Of a DNA stretch of 64,000 bases, positions 29,401-35,700 are shown in pieces (within the stretch, counting starts at the first letter, position 1; each line of letters begins with the position of its first letter). The position numbers were made by a program, and so were the translations under genes. The notes under the pieces are model-generated. The model searched no databases, was not told the DNA's origin, and saw only the letters and a program-made list of their open reading frames with translations. The DNA is from a virus, in IMG/VR virus record IMGVR_UViG_3300007513_000007, positions 96,001 to 160,000 of that record, one strand, 5' to 3'.

Positions 29401-29853
29401 GGAGACAAGGCATCGCCAGACCTCAAGGAATACAAAATCGGTGCGCTTGATGCTGGGGCCTGTGCCGTCGTAGACGGTGGCCGCGCTCAAATCAATGCGG
29501 TTTTGGTCAGGAAGTGCAGTGTTTGCGTACTCCACCACAATGGGAGCACCGGCTACCAGAGCCGTTCTCTTGCCCATCCAAAGCGAGTTCGCGTGGAAGT
29601 TAGGGTTGGAGGTGGGAAGGAATCCCATGCCTTCCTGGAAGGTAGGCGCGACTGGCCCCCGCAACCACCCAGACGGGACAGTGCGCTGTTGTACCAAAGA
29701 CCGCAGTTGGCGGCCCACTTCTTGGGATAGGTTCAGTTCAGCATCGAGGACAGGCTTACCAGATTGGTAGACCGCCTCATCCCACGAATGCTCCCCAGGA
29801 GGGAGGTATCGTGAAACTGAAGTACCTGTGAAGTATTTATCTCTAATGGCCAT
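26464..29853 (-). CDS. large virion structural protein (1129 aa), paralogue of 12979-18456
   Basis: QSGKPVLDAELNL, DFVFLEVW, DPTIGTET..VQWQYRIR, TVDGYVYAIPIGFVFRRN, RPDGFF. Confidence 0.75.
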   Translation of the reverse strand: MAIRDKYFTGTSVSRYLPPGEHSWDEAVYQSGKPVLDAELNLSQEVGRQLRSLVQQRTVPSGWLRGPVAPTFQEGMGFLPTSNPNFHANSLWMGKRTALVAGAPIVVEYANTALPDQNRIDLSAATVYDGTGPSIKRTDFVFLEVWRCLVSHSPRASATVEVVTWADMVAGDQVVINGLALTATAGAPGLNEFNLGANANDAAANMRDAILDPVNGFAGTCTAQVDVSNPAEVDLRVVDALAGAAGNAVTLSLVLTNAGCMTVNGFAGPTTFAGGADTPNKPTQASLYRHGNVQSPVSTNLADRIADPTIGTETAARVQWQYRIRASGVSDAINFKTQQDGFSNPNVLAQGTQAAGVALYPFVKADMTSVIDNSSAVAYDIRDPGLWVAGDGSSTAAADLGTVDGYVYAIPIGFVFRRNDAYDGAALGMVGFDPLDNTNGALPYTHPVFVNPVIGTIEADESDRPDGFFHDVIVYTDFLDLRKNTYPAGLDLKAELERQMNRLLDNSLGTWAIDSGDKSGAMGGGSGDVSWKYMVCNEVGRSDAEGGHPTESGDTNRGNFIANFDHVRRRFADQPVVEYRVIPVSPTFTTITQPGHFVVKADAVSQPNGWGENDVIHIDLGDLNATGDGTWDEATATYHGGTGGHVSNFFPSGTMITGIKTIRHDDGLSSAATSQEVQIKTVTGLGTDYIQITLDPNPTSADGGGNPARDPAHVQMVANLGSATDDGSPRRIFVELEVAYPVGVGTSDTPWLDINDDSVIPDAPTSVGVYEYGPAIETGPVTERPPDWQEQLPPLFRPSHREVNWEYACNNGAAASAYTDVLVSADPATVYVPRRMYGSKNTEVTVSDLIAGTPCNPDNGNTTYGSSLRRVVLDTTGPAPSVPFTNAGSTLCQVSWFPQDPLPNSGAAYGYQLAVYYRTMAEQTAGSKAGLTSLPEDITVEPLVMSRDLWTNTVSVGSVDVPFPYLNPSDQIPVNNDTPAADFPGEWVLQATADISVMDFDADVGLLNLHQMVAVDGTQEFTFRMPDMDTEFRSHYKVSDTGSYRPTAMTQPLSGVSTHKVSFPFLARVKSGLDGVPGATMWRENEVLLLVVTRYAVLDENNTIRFTETDNRTCVGVYRTQGMTILASE

Positions 29854-29904
29854 CCGGGTTTCCCGCTCCGACGAGGGAGTACCTTACCTACGGCATCGAG
29901 GCAT

Positions 29905-29919
29905 ATAGCCGGGACACCG
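29905..29919 (-). promoter_or_regulatory. class II motif CGGT-N7-CTAT
   Basis: Plus strand reads ATAG-CCGGGAC-ACCG; 52 nt upstream of 29853. Confidence 0.75.
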
Positions 29920-29933
29920 AAACGTATTCCTAA

Positions 29934-30119
29934 TCATTTTCGCACCGCCGACCCCGGCGAGATGCGTGTGTAAGAGGCACTTCTTCGCGTGCCTCGGCTT
30001 CCTGGCGCTGCTTTCGCAGCAAAAGTCTTTGGCAAACTCTTCGAGGATGTCGGCTTTTTCATGGTCGCATGACCAGCCGGTTTCTTCGAGGCTGTTTTCT
30101 TGCGGCACCCGCATCCCAT
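29934..30119 (-). CDS. small highly basic protein (MGCGCRKK..., 61 aa)
   Basis: SD GGAGG and its own class II motif; K/R/S/A-rich with no Asp or Glu. Preferred over the overlapping 29884-30339 frame. Confidence 0.7.
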   Translation of the reverse strand: MGCGCRKKTASKKPAGHATMKKPTSSKSLPKTFAAKAAPGSRGTRRSASYTRISPGSAVRK

Positions 30120-30145
30120 AGAGCCACCTCCGCTTCACAGTCTCG

Positions 30146-30160
30146 ATAGGCATGGAACCG
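30146..30160 (-). promoter_or_regulatory. class II motif CGGT-N7-CTAT
   Basis: Plus strand reads ATAG-GCATGGA-ACCG; 27 nt upstream of 30119. Confidence 0.75.
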
Positions 30161-30165
30161 AAGAT

Positions 30166-30197
30166 GGGGGGTTCCCAGGTTGAGGAGTTATCGTAGA
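30166..30197 (+). promoter_or_regulatory. class I bipartite promoter motif
   Basis: GGGGGGTTCC 30166-30175, N16, CGTAGA 30192-30197. Confidence 0.75.
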
Positions 30198-30227
30198 ACA
30201 CCTGTACAGGTGAAGGCGAAAGAGGTG

Positions 30228-31130
30228 CCCATGACTGCCCCAAAACTGACAGAAGAAGAGGCTCGCGCTGAACTCCTGCGCCCCGCAACGGGGAAGTGTG
30301 TGGTGGTAGTAAAGGGCCGCAAAGTCCCCAGAGACACAACGGGAATAGTTTTTTGGGAGGGGGAAGGAGGTCTACACAACCAAGGTGCTCGCATCGGATT
30401 CAAAGACGCAGCGGGAACTGCCCACTGGACCGCAGCCCACAACGTGGTGGTGGTGGTTCCAGGGTTCGACCCGACCATCGCCTCCAATGACAAGCCCCCT
30501 GCGGGCCACACCTGGAACGAGCTTCTGCAAGCGCACACGCCTGAAGTGCCCTCCAAGGGTCAGCAGGTACGCATCAAAGAAACCTCCGAAGAGGGCGAAG
30601 TTTTTTGGGTGAAGGGTCATCGGCTTGGAGTCCGTGTGGGTTCAGGAAAAGACGATGTTCGTTGGGCTGACGCTTCCGAGGTGGAGGTTGTAAAGGATAA
30701 GCTCCAGATTCTTCAGGACTTCGCTAACGGCATCGGCACTCCCCCTCCCTTGGGCCAAGGGGTGTCTCCTCTGCCGCCCACCGTGGTGCCTGTGATCCCG
30801 CACCAGCCGCAACCCCCTTCTCCCCGCCCTACAGGACCGTCCAACTGGAATGGCGGGTTCGGTGTACCAGAGGTGGAGCCTCCAGAGGGCTGGCCTGCTC
30901 TCCCTTCCCCTTATTCCGAGATCCGTGAAGTACGGGTGTCTATCCGGGAAGACTCGGAAGGTATTTATGAGGGGGTGTATGAGGCATACGACGCCAATGG
31001 AGATTTTCTCCTCCTCATCACGGATGAGATCGCCTCCCTGCTGCAACGTCGGTACTACGTCGCTTGCTACAAAGTAGGCGGGGGAGGGCTGCTCCAGGAG
31101 TACACCACGTCCGTTGCTTCAGGTCGTTAG
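30228..31130 (+). CDS. hypothetical protein: two SH3/KOW-like beta repeats, Pro-rich linker, C-terminal module resembling that of the WGR protein
   Basis: ATG 30228 with SD GAGG; internal repeat G..V.V.....G.VFW....R.G......W....V.VV occurs twice. Confidence 0.75.
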   Translation, partial: PMTAPKLTEEEARAELLRPATGKCVVVVKGRKVPRDTTGIVFWEGEGGLHNQGARIGFKDAAGTAHWTAAHNVVVVVPGFDPTIASNDKPPAGHTWNELLQAHTPEVPSKGQQVRIKETSEEGEVFWVKGHRLGVRVGSGKDDVRWADASEVEVVKDKLQILQDFANGIGTPPPLGQGVSPLPPTVVPVIPHQPQPPSPRPTGPSNWNGGFGVPEVEPPEGWPALPSPYSEIREVRVSIREDSEGIYEGVYEAYDANGDFLLLITDEIASLLQRRYYVACYKVGGGGLLQEYTTSVASGR

Positions 31131-31765
31131 AACGTGATTCGCCAAGTGATGGTGAGCCGTGCCGTGCTGGGCTTGGAGATAACCCCAAAGGTCAGGTAGT
31201 TGATCAACACGTCGTAGTCACGCAAGTCCCGTGACAGTTCCCGTGCCGGGTAAATGTCCGGGTTGGGGTAAGTGACCAGGGGATTGTCCGAACGGGTAGA
31301 CATGATCCCCATTTCATTCAAAGGCCCTACCGCCTCTGCCTCATCGTAGGTGCAGGTGAAGTCCACAACATTGGTGGGGATTTCGGAAGCGCCGCCGTCA
31401 GCGTTCCTGAATGTAGTCGAACTCCACGCCTTCCTCTGAATCTCTGCGTTGAGGGAACGCTGATCTGGGCTTGGGGCGTCCGGGGAAAGCAATGACCCCA
31501 AAGCCCCCGTCCCAACAGCCAGCATATTCGCGCCGTTGTTAGGCTCTGAAGGGTCCTTGAAGTAGCGTGCGGCTTGGATTCCAGCGTCTGCCGTGATGAC
31601 GTTGTTGTAGTGCTCGTCGTGGAGAACTTCCCCGGTAACGGAGTCCACCATCTTGACGAAGACTTCCCCTTTGGGGAGGGTCATCGCAGCAGCATGTTCG
31701 ATGGAGAATCCCATGTTTACCCGACCTCGTGGAGATTGAAACCTGTCTTTCATCATTGAACTCAT
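31127..31765 (-). CDS. tail collar / fibre-attachment-like baseplate protein
   Basis: NVIT..G, LAVGTG, LNAEIQRK, YDEAEAVGPLNEMGI, LINYLTF..ISKP..LTITWRITF resemble the tail-collar (DUF3751-like) pattern; start moved to ATG 31765. Confidence 0.7.
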   Translation of the reverse strand: MSSMMKDRFQSPRGRVNMGFSIEHAAAMTLPKGEVFVKMVDSVTGEVLHDEHYNNVITADAGIQAARYFKDPSEPNNGANMLAVGTGALGSLLSPDAPSPDQRSLNAEIQRKAWSSTTFRNADGGASEIPTNVVDFTCTYDEAEAVGPLNEMGIMSTRSDNPLVTYPNPDIYPARELSRDLRDYDVLINYLTFGVISKPSTARLTITWRITF

Positions 31766-31834
31766 GCTGTCCTGCCTCCGTGTCCTCCACTCTACCGAAG
31801 GCCAGCGAGTACATGGTGTCGAACGTCTGGAGCC

Positions 31835-31849
31835 ATAGCCAAACCATCG
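31835..31849 (-). promoter_or_regulatory. class II motif, variant CGAT-N7-CTAT
   Basis: Plus strand reads ATAG-CCAAACC-ATCG; 70 nt upstream of 31765. Confidence 0.5.
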
Positions 31850-31869
31850 AAACAGGAAACTTGAGAAAA

Positions 31870-31900
31870 GGGGGTTCCCGTTGGACACCTCTCCCGTAAG
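31870..31900 (+). promoter_or_regulatory. class I bipartite promoter motif
   Basis: GGGGGTTCC 31870-31878, N16, CGTAAG 31895-31900; no ORF downstream. Confidence 0.72.
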
Positions 31901-31904
31901 GAGT

Positions 31905-32150
31905 TCATCGAGGGGAAGGCCGCTCAAACCAACAGGCCCTCTCCTCCCCCTCCAACTATGAGGACCAACTCGATGGATTGTATTTAGGGGCTTTTGTCGC
32001 CATTGTCCCGACCCAAGGTGACCTCCGGTGTGCGAGGTAGGCCACACCCCTGACGCAGCGGCAGGCCGAAGAGGTCCGCTGAAACCCCCCACAACCCCAA
32101 CAAGGACGAAGAAACCCCCCGCCCACAAAGGGTCGGGGGGTTTCCTGTTG
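31905..32150 (+). ncRNA. candidate structured non-coding RNA (~240 nt)
   Basis: Lies between a class I promoter motif and a terminator hairpin; plus-strand ATG ORFs inside it are 9 aa or shorter; stems at 31910-15/31947-52, 32027-32/32043-48 and 32056-61/32076-81. Confidence 0.5.
32111..32144. terminator. intrinsic terminator, probably bidirectional
   Basis: GAAACCCCCCGCCC-ACAAA-GGGTCGGGGGGTTTC; short T-rich tails on both strands; 24 nt past the holin-like stop. Confidence 0.8.
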
Positions 32151-32167
32151 TGTCGAACTGGGAAGGG

Positions 32168-32701
32168 CTATTCAGACTTGCCCTTGAGCATATGCTTGAA
32201 CATAAGCTCCCAGCCACCGATTGCAACTACCCCCGCCAGGACACCCTGTACAAGTGCATCCATAAGGGCCACGCCACTCGCGAGGCCGACACCCAAGGTG
32301 CTGGCCACTGCAAGGCCCATAGCCACCCAAGGAATCGCCTTGGCACCAACCTTGTCCTTCAAGCCGAACTTGTTGGCCAGCATGACAAGGAGCATCATCA
32401 GGAATCCCAGTGCAAGGGACCAGTCTTTGTCTTGGACCGCTTTGACAAGAAGGCTGATGTCATCGGCTGCTTCGTCCAGGGTCTCTGGAACAGCTTCGGC
32501 TTCCTCGGCCTTGTCGTCGCCGTCTTCTGCCTTCTCCTCTCCTTCAGAGGCAGCAGCATCTTCAGAAGCGGGTGCCGCCTCTTCCGCAGCCTCGGCTGCT
32601 TCCGCTGCTTCAGCAGCCTCGGCTGCTGGTTCCTCTGCAAAAGCAGTAGTGGGGACCGTCAAGCCGAACATCAGCACGATCAGGGTTAGAAAATGTCGCA
32701 T
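32168..32701 (-). CDS. holin-like membrane protein with signal peptide and acidic AAE-repeat region
   Basis: ATG 32701 with SD GGAGG; signal-peptide-like N-terminus ending TTAFA; EAAEAAE repeats; three C-terminal hydrophobic segments; basic C-tail. Confidence 0.65.
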   Translation of the reverse strand: MRHFLTLIVLMFGLTVPTTAFAEEPAAEAAEAAEAAEAAEEAAPASEDAAASEGEEKAEDGDDKAEEAEAVPETLDEAADDISLLVKAVQDKDWSLALGFLMMLLVMLANKFGLKDKVGAKAIPWVAMGLAVASTLGVGLASGVALMDALVQGVLAGVVAIGGWELMFKHMLKGKSE

Positions 32702-32740
32702 ATGTTTCCTCCATGAAAAATGGTCAACCCGACTGGGATG

Positions 32741-32755
32741 ATAGGGAAATAACCG
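32741..32755 (-). promoter_or_regulatory. class II motif CGGT-N7-CTAT
   Basis: Plus strand reads ATAG-GGAAATA-ACCG; 40 nt upstream of 32701. Confidence 0.75.
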
Positions 32756-32786
32756 TCGGTAGTTGAAAATGCACCTTGTAGGGCGC

Positions 32787-35700
32787 TTACGGGGCGCTTG
32801 CGGCCTCAATGGTGAATACCGTAACAGTGGGGCTGGGGAGGGGAAGCCCTCCAGACAGCACAAGCTGGTAACCATCCAACTGGGAACCGCCAGCCAACAC
32901 AGACCTCTTGACGAGGGTTCCGGTGCGCGGGTTGGGTCGGAAAGCCACCTCGTTGCTCAACGTAAAGGTAAGGGAGCGGGACGAGGAGATGTTTACCTGA
33001 TTGGTCGTGGGGAGTGTTTCCACTTGAGCGTGGCACAGGCCGAGGAAGCTATTGGCGGTGTCGTTGATCGCATCTCGAATGTTCGCCACTGTTTCAGCAT
33101 CGGTAGCACCAATCTGGAACTCATCCGCTCCTGGAGCGCCTGCTGAAGCAGTAAGGGGAAGGCCGCCAATGGTGATGGTGTCTCCCGCGAGGATAGAGGC
33201 GTTGTCCAAGACGATGACCTCTCCAAACCATGTCTTGGCTCCCCACGGTCCCAAGCGGGAGGTGCCCGTATCCGACCCGTAGTCCACCAAACGTGCCACG
33301 CACTTCCCAACACCAAACGTGCCAGGGACGCCATCCGGGTTGTCCGTCACGGGGATCGGGTTGGTTGGAGGTACGTTGTCCCCCATCCAGCCTGGGTCGA
33401 AACTGTCTGTGCGAGGTGTCACGTCCTGCATGACAATGCGGAACTCTTGATTCAGGCCCATTCCTGGGGGCGGCTTTCCTGAAGGGCCTCTCGCATTGGG
33501 GTAAAGAACCGCTGTTCCGGGTCCAAGCACGCCGCCTTGAATCACGCCGCCTGAAGCAAGCAACACCGAAGACTGGTCGAAGTAGGTGGATGACTTCTTG
33601 AAGGTCGGGGAGGATTTACCCCAAGGACCTGCGGGACCCTCTGGCACTGTGAAGCTGTTGCCGTAGTCTGTTCCGTCAACCTCGATGCCTGCGAATCCTT
33701 GAGCGATTCCGGGACCATCGCACAGCGAGGAAATCCAGATGCTCTCCCCGTCCTCAACCTCACAGAAAGACATGTCCGTGTAGAGGGAGGTGGCCGTCTC
33801 CTTGAACTTCACCACCCGGTGAGGGTCGTTGGTGATGAGTGTTTCGGCGTCGTCCAGGACATCAAGAGGGTCGTTGATCCGGGACCCAGCAAGAACTTCC
33901 CGGATTGATTCAGTATGTCGCCCCGTCGGTACAGGAGGCGTTCCTTCATTGAGGAGCGTGACTGACTGCTCTATCGGCTGCGAACAGAGGTATGTCTCCG
34001 TCACAGGCTGACTTGCAACAAAGGTGATGGTTACGGGATAGCTGGAAGAGGGAAGGGGAGCTACAAAAGTGATGGTCTGGGTTGCTTTGTCAAAGGCCCA
34101 GTCTGCTATGGGAATCACCACCCCATCCACCTGAACCACAAAGACCCGATCTGCCTGCATGGCGCTGGCACGGACGCTCACTGTGGTGTGCGAAGATGAG
34201 TTGATCGTCACTACTTCAGGGGTGGTGTCGTACAACCACTCGCCTGAAGTAAGGCGGTGATACCGATTCAGGATCATGTTTTGAGGGGCAATCCCAAAAC
34301 CGTCAGGGGCACCTCTCAAGCGGTAACGGACAGAACGCCATCTCTGCGACGTGATGGAATACGGGTTGATGGACCCCCACCGAATGGACCCCTTCTCCTT
34401 CTCCAAGGTGGGGATGTCCGGGGTCTCTACGGAGATCCAAGCCGCACTTGGATCAGTGGTTTCGGTAGCGAAGTCGCCCGTGTACCAAGGTGGAGGGGAA
34501 AGATCAGGCCGGTAAACGCAGACGCCCCACTCTGGGTCGTAGTACATCCGCGCCCGGATATAGTCCTGCTTCCAGTCCATAGGGACGATCTGGGCACTGG
34601 GATCCGTGTTTGCGACAGAGAGGGAGTCCAGGCGAGGAAGGCGGTAGCCATCGAGCTTGTCCGGGTCAGCCCCTACGAGCAAACCAAGGGTACGAACGAT
34701 AGCTCCGTTCGCCCCTGCGGCTGCTGTCACAAGAGTACGCAGCGGGACTACGCTGAAGGAATCCCACACCGAAAGGGAGGTTGCAGCCTCGATAACGCCG
34801 AACCTGCCGTAGAAGGTGTTCTGTTTATCGGAGGGCACCTCCAGGAAGGAGTCGAGGGGCGCTGATCCCTGGACCTCGTCGTCCACTACAAGCACAGCGA
34901 TGTTAGCTGTGGGGTCGCACACCAGTCGGTAGTCATGGAACCGCTGGTCGTCCCATCCGACACTCCAAGCATCCACAATCACAGAGGGGTCACCGGGGAC
35001 CTCTGGCAGCTTGATTAGCCCCACCTTGCCGTCGGGGAGCCAATCCACTTGTATGTTGATCGCTGTCGTGGCACTGAAGGGGACGACCACCCCAAACGTG
35101 GGGCCAGCACGACCATCGGCTGCTTCAGAGGACCGGATCTTTATGCGAGCATCCGCAATCACCCCGTCCAAAAGAAGAGGGTCGCTTGAGGGCAGCGTTT
35201 TACCTTGAGACCAGAGGGAGCCGCCCACGCCGCCCTGGGAAACCACCAAGCGGTTCCCGAACACGGCCACCGTATTGGTATCCGTGTTGTTCCAGCTTGC
35301 GGGACTCCAGTTCGCATCAACGGGCTTCAGCAAACCGGACAGGCTGCAAGCGGGAAGGTTCAGCAGCTTCCTGTATACAGGCGTCCCATCGGATTCGGTG
35401 ACGTTCTCCCCTTGGAGGTATGAGATGGTGCTAACTCTTGAAACACGTTCCGTATCCTCGATGATCAGCGAGGCGCTGGCAGAACCTTGGATGTGGCTTT
35501 CCACCTTGAAGGTGGCCTCCACCTCGGTCCTTGTCTTGGGCGTGAGGAACGGGACGGCCCTGTTGTACGAAAACGTGAGGTTATTCCCATGATTCAGGGC
35601 GTTAGTAGCCTGCGAGTTGGACTTCAACAGCAGTGTGTCCCCTGTTGAATCAACCTCCGCATAGCCAAACCCACCGGAGATGAACCAAGGAGTGGGGCCG

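Noticed and set aside
29884-30339. 151-aa minus-strand ORF
   Set aside because: It spans three promoter motifs and overlaps the plus-strand gene; the nested 61-aa ORF has the SD
31766-32128. 121-aa N-terminal extension of the collar-like ORF in the track
   Set aside because: It starts inside the terminator and crosses both promoter motifs; ATG 31765 has an SD and a promoter motif upstream
32702-32875. Upstream extension of the holin-like ORF
   Set aside because: It overlaps the previous gene and the class II motif; ATG 32701 has GGAGG and yields a signal peptide
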